Of a stretch of DNA of 64,000 nucleotides, positions 39,965-50,799 are shown piece after piece. Positions within the stretch are counted from its first letter, which is position 1; each line of letters starts with the position of its first letter. Both the position numbers and the translations under genes were made by a program. The notes under the pieces were generated by a model, which was given only the letters and a program-made list of their open reading frames with translations, was not told the origin of the DNA and made no database searches. The stretch spans positions 310,001 through 374,000 of the forward strand of contig NIVC01000997.1 of the NCBI GenBank assembly GCA_002269645.1, in the 5' to 3' direction. The stretch is from Macrostomum lignano (Eukaryota).

Positions 39965-40801
39965 TGTAGTGATTCGCTAGTTGGTGTTAGGCGTCCCCTT
40001 TTGTCAGCAGTTTCCCTCGCCCTCGCCCTTGCCCTGGGTCGCTGTCTGCCGCTGGTCAGCTTCCCACTCCCCTTTGTCTGGCCGTCTGCCTGCTGTTCCC
40101 GCGCCTTTTCTGCCTGTTTCTGCGCTCCCCTTTTGCAGCCATGAGCTTCTCTGCCGTGGCCTGCTCTTGTCCCAAGGTCACGGTGGTGGCCTGTTTCCTT
40201 TGTCATGTGAGCAAGTCACATGACAAGCCTTGCTTTCTTGCAGTCCTAAAAGTACAGTAAACATGTTTACTGCACTCGCCAGTCCGTGTTTACGGGAAAT
40301 CACGTGCCTAAAGCCTTTCCCTTCTCTAAGGAAAGTAGTGACTCATATTTCTAAAAATAGACACTGAGTCACAGTCTAGTGCACTCTGCCCAGAGACCCC
40401 AAGTGACGTCAGTTCTAAAAATAGAACAAAGTCACGAGGTCTTGTGCGCATTGGGGCAGTGGTGAATCCCAGGCTAAAAATACGGACCCTCCTCACTCAT
40501 GGTTCAGAATCCGTTTCCTTTTGATTTTCCTTTTTCAGTCCTTTTTCCTGTCTAGTTTCCGGTCTAGAAGTTTCCGATTTCCTAGCCTATCTGTTGCTTC
40601 TCTGTGTGCGTACAAGTTAACCCTCTCTTTGTTTGCCTGACCATAAATCCAAAAGCCCAGTCAATAAGAGGCTAACAGCCGTCCCAACCGCCCATTAAGC
40701 CCCGCAGGATCTGCTGACGAGACGCCCTGCACGTTGAGCCGCAAATCTGCACACGGTTTTTAAGTGCCTGTAAGTCGGGAAGTAAATAATAAACTACTAC
40801 A
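39965..40801 (+). mobile_element. LTR (837 bp) of a Gypsy-like retrotransposon; internal region lost
   Basis: Termini TGTAGT...ACTACA, an AATAAA near the 3' end, and a PBS immediately downstream. Confidence 0.75.
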
Positions 40802-40802
40802 C

Positions 40803-40822
40803 TGGTGGCAGCGGTGGGATTC
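40803..40822 (+). other. Primer-binding site complementary to the tRNA-Leu 3' end
   Basis: TGGTGGCAGCGGTGGGATTC is the reverse complement of GAAUCCCACCGCUGCCACCA and lies 1 nt after the LTR end. Confidence 0.8.
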
Positions 40823-41212
40823 ACAGACCTACCAGGCCACCCCGAGAAAAGGCAAACACTTCAGTAGCATGAATATCACTTCATCTTGAAGGCGCTCTTG
40901 CTGTACTTCTGTCAAAGCATTTGCACCAGGTCACCTTCCTCGATTGGTGGATATTGTCTTCTGACAGAACCAGATCCAATGTACTTTGACGCGCAGCATT
41001 CGATTGGCGGCAGCAAATTTGTCTCCAGAAATTATGTTGACAGAGCGCTTGAGAACCAGGCAGAAATATCTCTGAATACCTGAATCTCTGAATCGCTCCA
41101 CGCATCGTCGTCACGCATGCAAACCAAGGAAGCAGGTGAGTAAACTCCACCGTCAACTTTCTTCAAAGAGAAGTAACAGAAACGTAGAAACTCATTTAGG
41201 ATGGGCTCCGAC

Positions 41213-42608
41213 TGGGCTCCGTTGATGTGGGCCGAAGCAAAACGGCCACCAGCGTCGTTCTTCCAGTTGATGTAGAGCCAGTCGGACTTATTGGCCTCCC
41301 GAACAATGCAGGCACCACCCGAGTTACAGGCGTCAGTCTCGATGACGATCCTTCGAGCGTAGCGAGGCCAGATGGGCGCGCAGCCAACGGACTGAAGGCT
41401 TCTCCTCCACCAGTGCAGCAACTCGGTGAGGTGCGGGGCCAGCCGCAATTTGTCACCAGGTCTAGTCGCCCGGCTCGCCAGCATCAGTAGAGGGCGGATG
41501 GAAGCTCGGCCTTTCCTGGTCACGCTGCTCACCCAGGACAGCTTGCCGCAGATCCGCTGAAGGTCGCGCTTGCTGATGGCACCGCGTCGATGCAAGCAGC
41601 TCCCAAGTGCGTCTTCGAGTGCACTGAGCTTGGCCGGTGGGATGCTCAGCGTCCCCGACTCCGTGTCAATCAGGACGCCCAGGAAAACCGTGCGCCGCGA
41701 CGGCCCGCTAGACTTCTTTTCGTTGATGGTAAAACCGAGGCTCGTCGCCAGGCTCCTCAAGTTCTCGTAAGCCTCGACACAGGCCTCGTAGGTGCTCCCG
41801 GCCACAGCGAAGTCGTCGAGGTAGCCAACGCAGGTGAACCCACGCCGTTGCATCATGCGCACCACCGCCTTAGACAGCCTGTTAAAATGGTACACCGAGG
41901 CCGCAGCGCCGAAGCTCAGCCGGGTGTCGACCAGGTAGGTAGGTTCGCTGTCGCCGCTAAATTGCCATTTGATGCCCAGAGCGTCGAGAGAAGAAGGATG
42001 AACACCTACTGAGCGATACGCCTCCTTAAGATCGATCTTGGCCGTGAAGTCACCGGGCTTGAGTTGTGAGCAGAGGCCGCTAACCGTCTCAAACTTAATC
42101 TTGTGGTCTGCGATAAAGTGGTCGTTGACCGCACAGCCTTCCGGACGACTGCAGTCGTGGATGATACGGACTCCACCGTCCTCTTTCGGGATGGCACCAA
42201 GCGCGGAGATCTTGCACGGACGTCGGCTGACAGACACATACCGCCCGCTGGCGATCTCACGCTGCAATTGCTCTTCAACCAACGTCTTGTACTCAATGGC
42301 GGACGAGTAGTTCTCAACTTCGGAAGGCTTAAAATCTGTTTCAGTAGTGAGCGCGAAGCCGTTTTGGACTCCGTAAATTAAAAAAGGCCCGTCGGGTCGC
42401 CGTCCAGCTCCTTCGCCCAGGCATTTGCGTCAAGGGAGCCACTCGGATTGAAATTGATGTCGCGAATGGAGTAAAAACTTGGAATTAAAACTTGCGGCTG
42501 CCAGCTTGCCGGATCCACTGGAGCCGCGGCTATTCGTTTTTTGCCACGTGTTGCGTCTCGGCGTGGTCCGAGCGCAAGCAGACCCGGCACGCATGCGTGT
42601 ACTTGCAA
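41213..42608 (-). pseudogene. DIRS/Ngaro ORF2 reverse transcriptase-RNase H, frameshifted at ~42385 and truncated
   Basis: ISALGAIPKEDGGVRIIHDCS, AKIDLKEAYRSV, RLSFGAAAS, GYLDDF, FLGVLID, LQRICGKLSWV and IETDAC..GG motifs; the RNase H ends at HIN. Confidence 0.85.
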
Positions 42609-43522
42609 TTCTGGAACTTGCAGCCACCACGGGTGTTGAACTTGAGGCAGACGGGCGCTCCTTGAATCACCGGAATCTTCCTGTCCATGCGAGAACGGGC
42701 ATGTTGTGGAGTCTGCTGCGGGGCGATGAGGTGCCGTGCCACCAGCGAGAAACTCGGTCGCGCCCAGTCTTGCATGCCCGCCTGCTGCTCTCTTCTGAAT
42801 GCGTCGTCGAACCGCATGATCCTGGTGGTGTCGTAACCTGCCTCGACCAGCTCACCGATCTGCACATTGTACTGCAAGTACTGCCGAACGCCTTCCAGGT
42901 CGAGCTGTCCCCTAGAGATCAGGGCGTCGAGGATGCGCGCGTTGCCGACTATCCACTGACCGATTCCCAGCGATTCGGGTTTAGGCTGATTGGCGGTTGG
43001 ATGCAGCACCTTTTCCCTACGACTCGCCGACGCCGTCCGAGGGTCGCAGCCGCAGAAATCCGCAACGACGAGTGGGGCCGCCCGTAGCCCTAGTTGAGCT
43101 ACTGAGGGCTCGAGCCTGGTCTCGAACCCGGGACCTCTGAGCATACTCGGGATATTCATGTCGCTACTACAATCAGAGGGCTCATTAAGAAGCTGTTGGT
43201 CCACCTCACCTGGTCTAAATCGGCCTTCCAGCTGCTGGCGCATTGCTGCCGTCTCCGATTCCAGGCTAGCTATCTTCCGCCGGAGCTCTGCTAGGTCCAG
43301 CGCCTCCCCTGCCTCCAGCCGTTGTTGCTGCTGCTGCCGCCGACCTTCGCTGTCGGTCTCCGCGGAGTTTGACGCCGCTTGTTCCCGCCGACTAGCTGCT
43401 TCGCTCTGGCTCATCGCAGTGGAGAGTCTGCTGACCAGGTCTTTCTTGTAGCCGTGCGTGCTCAGGTCCCTATCTCTCAATTCTTCACGTAGCTGATTTA
43501 CAGTCATCCTACGCAAACTCAT
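42530..43522 (-). CDS. DIRS/Ngaro ORF1 (gag-like): N-terminal SAP motif, coiled coil, C-terminal CX7CX4CX3H..C..C...H finger
   Basis: MTVNQLREELRDRDLSTHGYKKDLVSRL (SAP consensus); CLKFNTRGGCKFQNCKYTHACRVCLRSDH. Open 330-aa ORF. Confidence 0.75.
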   Translation of the reverse strand: MSLRRMTVNQLREELRDRDLSTHGYKKDLVSRLSTAMSQSEAASRREQAASNSAETDSEGRRQQQQQRLEAGEALDLAELRRKIASLESETAAMRQQLEGRFRPGEVDQQLLNEPSDCSSDMNIPSMLRGPGFETRLEPSVAQLGLRAAPLVVADFCGCDPRTASASRREKVLHPTANQPKPESLGIGQWIVGNARILDALISRGQLDLEGVRQYLQYNVQIGELVEAGYDTTRIMRFDDAFRREQQAGMQDWARPSFSLVARHLIAPQQTPQHARSRMDRKIPVIQGAPVCLKFNTRGGCKFQNCKYTHACRVCLRSDHAETQHVAKNE

Positions 43523-44709
43523 AGTACCCAGAGTAAGTTGAGTAATTAAGTTGGGCTAGCCAAAAATCGCAACAAAACGCACGCAAGCTGGCGAGGAGAG
43601 ATAGGCTGAGGCGGGCACAACGCACGGGGCTAAAAAGGCCCCACAGACACCCACCCCCGCCCCGGGGGCGGCGCACCCACCCCCGGACCAAGCACCCCCA
43701 AACACGGGCGACGACAAGCCCCCCCGGCCCCGCTAACAGCGATTGGCCAGCCAATCTACACGTAGAAACTCATTTAGGATGGGCTCCGACATTGTCACAG
43801 GGACATTTCAGTTTGCCTTTCTAGAAACTCCGCGAATGCCTTACCATGCTGGAACATACTATAGCCAGTCGATTTCAACGCAATCTAGATCGATAGCCGA
43901 CAGAGCAGCGTCCTCTGGTAGATCCGGTTGATGAGTGTTCAGTAGTCTTCAGTAGTAGGATCTTCTAGGTAGTGAATAAAATTCATTAGATCAGCGTCAT
44001 CAGCGTGGTCCTTTGCACTCAACATAGAAAGAAAATCCACTTCTTTGGCAGACACTCCGTTAAAGGGAGTTTGTTTGTCAAGTTTTTCCAATATATTAAA
44101 TGCATTCTAGAGAAGAGTAAACAATGAAACCAACCCAAGCTTATAAAAATTAAACCAAAGCACTTTGAATTCCTTTGCTTTTTTCACTCCTTAGTCTATG
44201 GCACAGTTGTAGCGGTCTGATGTATGTCTATGGCCAAAATCTGCGCAGTCTAGAACGTTTCTGATTCGCTGGGGCATCGTTAAACAATCGCATTAAACAA
44301 CGCTTTGGCGTTAAACAATGTTTCTAGTCGAGTATGCTAAACGATAGTAACAATAATCTCATTTATAGGATACTATCGGTAAACAATAAGCATAACCACT
44401 CGAGAGAGCTGCACTCTCTATAATACCATATAAAAACCATACAAATCTATCATTGTTTCATCATTTCACGTCAAAAGAAGTATTTAAACTATTTTTTTCT
44501 ACTTTCAAATTTAATGACAAAGCACAATGGGGCAGTTTTGTTCTCAGAAAACAATAATCTTGAATCAATGTATTTTGAAAAAATACGAAATATTTGAGAC
44601 ATTGATAAGTTTACAAACTGCATAATAAACTTACCTGAAAACTTACCAGCATTCAAATGTTAATCTTTCTAGGAAAGCTGAATTGAAAAAAAGGTTTGAG
44701 CACACTTGC

Positions 44710-45091
44710 CAATAATCCGATAGACGCTGTTCCTTCGCCGGCCTCCACAGATTATCTTGGCGTCTCCAGAGCAGGAATAGCTGCACTCTGATGGAGAGTT
44801 CGAAGCGCCATGTTTGCCGTAGCTGTTGCCGCAATAGCATTTCATGCCGTACTGTAGACCGAAGTAAGAGTAGCGTTCTTTGACACAGAAGCTGTAACAG
44901 TTCTCGGCCGTCATATCAGACCATAATGACTTACTTGTGGGGAAATCCCTATTGAGAAGCTTGTCTTTATAGCAGCCAATATAGCTGAAATGGTTGCTAT
45001 CTGCGTTGCTCTTTGCTTCTGCCAAAAGCACCGCGCTGCCAAGGAGCATTTGCAGGAGAATTAAGCTTGCTAACACGAAGCGCAGTTTCAT
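44710..45091 (-). CDS. Secreted WSC-domain protein, first exon (copy 5)
   Basis: MKLRFVLASLILLQMLLGSAVLLAEA signal; YIGCYKD...CYSFC..YSYFGLQYGMKCYCGN...CSYSCSGD..CGG..RNSVY; ends ATT G|GCAAGT (possible GC donor). Unspliced, the ORF stops at 44669. Confidence 0.85.
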
Positions 45092-45944
45092 GTTGTATCA
45101 GAGAAATCTTTCGAACGGAATTTTACAGCAACCAAAGGCGACAGCCATGCCAAGATGTTTTATCCACGAAGCAAGATAACAATTGCCGTGACAAGCTGAC
45201 AAACTGGCTTGTAATTCCCACGGAATTATCCCAACACAGTGGAGTGAATGGATATGGCTTGGGAAAGTGGCGACTCAAACATAGGGAAAGACAGCTGTCA
45301 TGCAATTGCTGCAGAATCTGCAACGGTTCTCAAAAATCCTACATTCCTACCGATACTCAATTTCTTCACCATGCAGTCTTGTCCATCATTCATTTCAGCA
45401 AGGAGATAGAAAGAGTAGATTAGCCGAATTCTAGCAAAGCTCTATTTTTACTACTTGAAATTTGATCGTGTAGTAGTATACTACGATGGTCACTATTCTA
45501 AACCCATTCTATCTTTTTAAAAATTCTAATAGTGGAACCAGAAACGCTTCTGCTTTGATAGGCTTATCAACCTGGGCTTCTTATTCTTTTCAATATTTCA
45601 ACCGTTTTTCCCTACAGGTAACCCGCATTCCTATCTCCTAGAGGTTTTTCAGCAAAGAGAAAACTATCTAAAAGCATTTTCATGCATTCCTCAAGCAGTA
45701 AAGTATCCAGCAGCTTCTCATAGCGCATGAGCTCATCCGTCAGTTTTCTTTCTTTTGTCGTTTGTAATTTCTGTACGTCTTTCAGGAGGGTCACGTCACA
45801 AGCTGGTTTTGCTGACAATTGCACCGCCATCAGAGCTTCTTAGGTTAAAAGGTGAATTTTCTTCTCAAGATTGATTGCTGAGGATCTCATCAAATAGCTT
45901 CTGAGATATAAGGCAGCTGTTTGTGGCTTACCTGTTTCACTTTC

Positions 45945-46230
45945 TTTCCACTTATGTTGGTTGCTACGTTGACGATTCGAATTCTAGGGCTCTTTCTGAA
46001 CATTGGTACGAGTCAGAAACAGATATGACATGCAGCTCAATACTGCTACGACAGGTGTGTCCACGACAGTTACTCTTATTTCGGCTTGCAATTTGGCAAG
46101 CAGTGCTTCTGCGGCAACAGCTACGACAGACATGGTGCCGCAAATGCCGAGTCTGACTGCAACATGCCCTGCACGGGAGACTCAATGACAGCTTGTGGCG
46201 ATGCACATAGGATCAGCGTCTACAAGATTG
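45945..46230 (+). pseudogene. WSC-domain exon with a 4-bp insertion frameshift and no signal peptide (copy 6)
   Basis: YVGCYVDDSNSRAL..DMT [shift at ~46030] QYCYDRC..YSYFGLQFGKQCFCGN..CNMPCTGD..CG..HRISVYKI G|GTAAAT. Confidence 0.75.
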
Positions 46231-46927
46231 GTAAATGATCAGGGGATTTGTTTGAGCTTTCTAAAACAAAAAATTAACTAGTAAAATCGCTTTAAAGGCA
46301 CCCAGAAGCTGAAACAGAAGCAGTAAGTACTACAGGTAAGATTCTTGTCACGATTTAACTCTCTTCTTCATATACGACATACGCGTACGTTGCTTGGTGT
46401 TACGATAAATAATTTCTAGCCTTCGTGGGTGTGTCTGTACTGATTAAGAGACGAAATATATTCAGTCGATGTCATGTACTTTCTGTATTTTATTGATGCT
46501 GCAAACCAAAACTGTTTTGGTCTTGTTTTAGTTTTTCTTGAATCGACCTGCCTGCAGTCAAGTTCAGTAGATGTTTGTACATTCAATCGTGTAAACGGGG
46601 GATGGAAACCATGTGCTGGACTCCAGTCAATAGCCAGGGGACAGAACTTCTACTTAAATGCGTACTCTGAATTTACAATCTCGTCATACAAGCTATCCGC
46701 GCCACTCTCCATACTTTCCATTTATTTCGGGTAGTAGATGAACTGTGACGGATTGAATTCAGAACTACTTGCACGATTACAGATAGATGCAAACAATTCT
46801 AATGTAATTGTAATAAATTACAGGTATATTAGCTCGTAAATGAATAGAAACATCAGTTTGCTCAAAAAATGACAAATTTCAATGATAACTGCTTGACAGT
46901 CAAATTATATTTCATACATGCTGGTAC

Positions 46928-47600
46928 TTAATTACAGAGAGACCGAATCGATGGAATTATGCAATAAAATAATGCTATCATTTAGGATGAAAAATCAAGT
47001 ACAAAAATACATGTACTTACAAGACTTACCACTGTGATGCTCGATACTCTCTCTTTTTTGGTGGACACATCTGGCTAAATGTGCTCGGTCCAAAAATTCG
47101 AACTCAGGGAGCAGAGGGGGGTTCTTACCGGTCCGAGGGTGATGGGGGTTCATCGGGGTCTCAATTGGGGCTGACTCAAAAACAGATTCCAGACCACTCT
47201 CTGGTCAATGGTACTCACGAATCCTGTAGACGCTGTTGGCATATGAGCCACCGCAGATTAAATTGGAATCTCCGGTGCAGGTTCTGGAGCAGCTAGATGG
47301 GGATTTTTCCCCGTACTTTCCATAGCTGTCACCGCAGAAGCATTCTTCGCTATACTGCAGCCCGAAGTAGCTGTAGCCGCCTGCGACGCACGATTTGTAG
47401 CACAATTCCGCTGTCATGCTTGAGGACTTCCAATCTGGGCCAGAAAGATCCCTTGAATGCGAGTCTTCGAAGCAGCCAATGTAGACGTAATGGTCGCTCA
47501 CAGCATTGCTTGGACTGGCTTCCAATGTGCCGCAGCACAGCAGAAGAAGCAGAGCAGAAATCCTCTTGAAGAGTAGCAGCCGATGCATATCTGGTCCCAT
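46928..47600 (-). CDS. Secreted WSC-domain protein (copy 7). Exon 47600-47219 is confident; the small exons 47170-47129, 47074-47030 and 46974-46928 are tentative
   Basis: ISALLLLLCCGTLEA signal; YIGCFED..RDL..CYKSC..YSYFGLQYSEECFCGD..CSRTCTGD..CGG..ANSVYRI C|GTGAGT. Downstream GT-AG introns are 48, 54 and 55 nt and stay in frame. Confidence 0.78.
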
Positions 47601-47997
47601 TGCTCACGTTGAGAATGAATGTCAGTTGGGAGATTTCTGCTTTTATTAACTTGCTGCATTGAGGAACTCGCAAGTGTGTAGCTGGCTTCAGGCGCCCAAA
47701 TAAATTATTTATTGACGTTAATTTTAGCCTTGCCAATTAGACTGCTTTTCTTAGACAGTTGCTTACACGGCTATTGTTTTGCCAGAACTCGTTTGAAGTT
47801 GCGCACCATTGTCTTGACTGACTGGCTTCTACTGAGGTTCTGAGCCAAAATTGCGTGTCTAACGAGGCAGCAGTGCTTCCTAATTAGAAGATGGCTGAAG
47901 CTGAAAAATAATTTTCTAACCAATTTTACTCTAGATAGTTGAGACATTACCACATGAATGAACTACCTATATGTAAGGCAGTCATGCTTCTATCATC

Positions 47998-48216
47998 TGT
48001 ACCAGAAGAATTACTACAGAAATTATAACAGTAGTCAGCTGTAATGGCATTTCTGTCAGTCAAGCTTGAGCCAGAAAAACCTCTGTCAAAGACATTATCT
48101 TCATAGCAGCCAATGTAGCTGAACTGGTTGCTTACAACATTTTTCAGCGCTCCTCTGCAACCATTCGCGAGCGACAGACGAAATAAGATTGCTGGTAAAA
48201 GTTCCCAACGTAACAT
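47998..48216 (-). pseudogene. 3'-truncated WSC gene (copy 8; inverted paralog of copy 10)
   Basis: MLRWELLPAILFRLSLANGC..FSYIGCYED..CYNFCSNSSG; similarity to 49710 stops abruptly after this. Confidence 0.8.
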
Positions 48217-48508
48217 TATTTGGCGGCTTTGTCTTTTGTTTATGTTTTTCTAGCTTAAAGACTGTCTTCTGGTGACTAAAACGCTTCCTGTTTGTCTGAA
48301 AGCGAGTTACGCTCGACAAACTGAGGGGCGCCTGCATCTTAACCACCGTTCTCAATTGTCAAATAAAACCCTTTGTTCACATGTATCCAGCATACAGGAA
48401 TGACTTAGCAAAGCAAAGCAATTAATGCTACGTCACAGCTGCCTCGGACGATAAAGCATGACTGTGCCACGTATTAGTAGATCCTCAAGTTAATAAAAGC
48501 AGAAATTA

Positions 48509-48780
48509 TGTCTACATTGGCTGCTTCGGTGACTGGTATCATCCAAGGGATCTTTCTGGCCCAGATTGGAAGTCCTCAAGCATGACGGCGGAATTGTGCT
48601 ACAAATCGTGCGTCGCAGGCGGCTACAGCTACTTTGGGCTGCAGTATAGTGAAGAATGCTTCTGCGGTGACAGCTATGGAAAGTACGGGGGAAAATCCCA
48701 ATACAGCTGCTCCAAAACCTGCACGGGAGATTCAAATTTACTCTGCGGAGGCTCGTTAGCCAACAGCGTCCTCAGGATTC
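48509..48780 (+). pseudogene. WSC exon lacking a signal peptide and with a mutated donor (copy 9; inverted paralog of copy 7)
   Basis: Near-identical WSC core to 47600. The 5'UTR motif TTAATAAAAGCAGAAAT is joined almost directly to the YIGC region, and the donor GTGAGT has become CTGAGT at 48781. Confidence 0.75.
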
Positions 48781-49709
48781 CTGAGTACCCCAGATCCAGA
48801 GAGAGAGAGAGAGAGAGAGAGAGTGTGGGGCCAAGTGGTGTGGAGTCTGTTTTTGAGTCAGCCCTAATTGAGACGATAAAGCCCCATGTCCCTCAGACCC
48901 CCAAGAAACCCCCTGCGCCCCTCACTTTGAATTGTTGGACCGAGCACATTTAGCCAGGTGTCTCATCAAATAATTAAGAGTATCATGCATAAGAGTGGAA
49001 AGTCTGGTAAGTATGTTTAATTGATTTTTATCGCTAATACAATACTGTTCTACTTTCGTCGATTTTGTCTGTAAAAAAATCGAATGAAAGAAAATACGAG
49101 CGTATAATTTGACTGCCAAGCAGTTGTTACTGGAATTTGAAATTTTTTGAGCGGTTGGATATTTTTTATTTATTTATTTTTTATTTATTTATTAGAGTAC
49201 ACATGCTCTGAACCTATCACGACAGGGTGAACTTTGGAACTCTGCTTAATTTTCCTGGGTGACTCTTATACAGCTGCGTACTAACCTAAGCCATCTCTGC
49301 TTAACTTGCAGCGCTAGTGCAGTAAAATACGCTAAACCACTGATCTAGCGACTACCCGATAAAATCTCTGCATCTATGCATGATGCAAACTATATGCATC
49401 AAATTATGTAATGGCTTATTTTTCGATTTCCTATTTTTCATTTTGCCAACTCGTATTTGCTTTGCTCAGCCAGTCCTGGGGTTGAATACATTTAGAAGAC
49501 AGGGTTTTATTTGCTAATTGACGAAGGATGAAATGCAACCGCCAGTAAGTTTGTCGAATGTGACTGGCTTTCAGCGAAATTTGATCAAACAGGAAGCATT
49601 TTAGTTACCATGCAGAAAGCAGTCTTTCAGCTAGAAAAGCAGGCTGCCTGAATTGAGCAGAGCAAAGCAGTCAGAATTGCCTGTTATAGGGAGACAAAGC
49701 CACCAAGCC

Positions 49710-50085
49710 ATGTTGCTTTGGAAACTTTTACCAGCAATCTTATTTTGTCTGCCGCTCGCGAATAGTTGCAGAGTTGCGCTGAAAAATGTTGTAAGCAACC
49801 AGTTCAGCTACATTGGGTGCTTTGAAGATAGAGTCTTCGACAGAGATTTTTCTGGCCCAAGATTTACTGACAGAAATGCCATGACAGCTGACTACTGTTA
49901 TAATTTCTGTAGTAATTCTTCCGGAAGCAAGTACTTTGGCCTGCAGTACGGCCGGGAGTGCTACTGCGAAAACAGCTACGGCAAACATGGCGGACCATTG
50001 CCTGAGGCTGAGTGCAGCATGGCCTGTAGTGGAGATTCAAAATTCATCTGCGGCGACTTAAGCAAGAACAGCGTCTATCAAATTG
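49710..50085 (+). CDS. Secreted WSC-domain protein, first exon (copy 10)
   Basis: MLLWKLLPAILFCLPLANSC signal; YIGCFED..RDF..CYNFC..YFGLQYGRECYCEN..CSMACSGD..CG..KNSVYQI G|GTAAGT. Confidence 0.85.
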
Positions 50086-50799
50086 GTAAGTCCAACCTAT
50101 TCTACTCTCTAATCAACCCATCTAGCTATTCTGCAAATTGAAAAAAGTATAAAAGCCAAAGGAAAAAGGTAAAAATCAAGGTAAATTCATTCACTTGTTC
50201 TAACATTGTTGCAAGTTTATCTTGACGTGATAAAAAATAATCGATTTGCACAATTTAAATTCCCATGAAACAAACCCCGGATAAATAAATTGTTTGAGCC
50301 ATAATTCGAGTATATTTGTTATAAAACAACCATTTCACGAATTCCACCAGTCAGGGCAACTCTTGAAGCTTAATTCGATTTGAGAAACTAATAAGAAAAT
50401 AAATACTGGCAAGTAAGTGTTTTCAAGTATATATTGAGAATGATGTTCAAGACTTGGTCAATTTTTTTCGAACAGTTAAGTAGAAATGAAAACATTTCAT
50501 GCATACTACTGATGAGTAGACTACTGAGAAGGAAATTGTATCTGATAGTGAAACGAAGGAGATCCCAGAAATACATAATCGAGAAATAAGTACATATTAA
50601 GAATCATACATTTGCACACACTCGTATGCAGCATTAAGGAGGCCGCGCGACCTCTGTAATCTCGGTAATGCCTAAGGACTTGAAATTTGAGTACTTAGTT
50701 AAACCACGAAAGAGACATTTATAACACGAAAGCAGACTAAAACAATTCTGGGCAAGCTAAATATTAAACTCCGCTTTTTCTAGAAGCCAGTCGACCGCG

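Larger units (their letters stand above)
41213..43759 (-). mobile_element. DIRS/Ngaro-type (tyrosine-recombinase class) retrotransposon fragment, 3'-truncated within RNase H
   Basis: ORF1 gag with a C-terminal Cys/His finger overlaps ORF2 RT-RNase H. The fragment is flanked by an exact 31-bp direct repeat at 41182-41212 and 43760-43790. Confidence 0.85.
39100..44050 (-). mobile_element. Degenerate Crypton-like (DUF3504-type tyrosine recombinase) element, interrupted by two nested insertions
   Basis: With the insertions removed, the pieces read KSTGYS..KAFAEFLER..MSEPILNEFLRFCYFSLKKVDGGVYSPASL.CMR..GDKFAAANRML..YPPIEEGDL..ERLQDEVIFML..LGERDQE..DADGQAYL. This resembles my recollection of Crypton/DUF3504 motifs. 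Many stops and frameshifts; boundaries approximate. Confidence 0.55.

Noticed and set aside
45612-45900. Coiled-coil-like ORF (KERKLTDELMRYEKLL)
   Set aside because: It looks protein-like but has an upstream in-frame stop and no family I can recognise, so it is not supportable.
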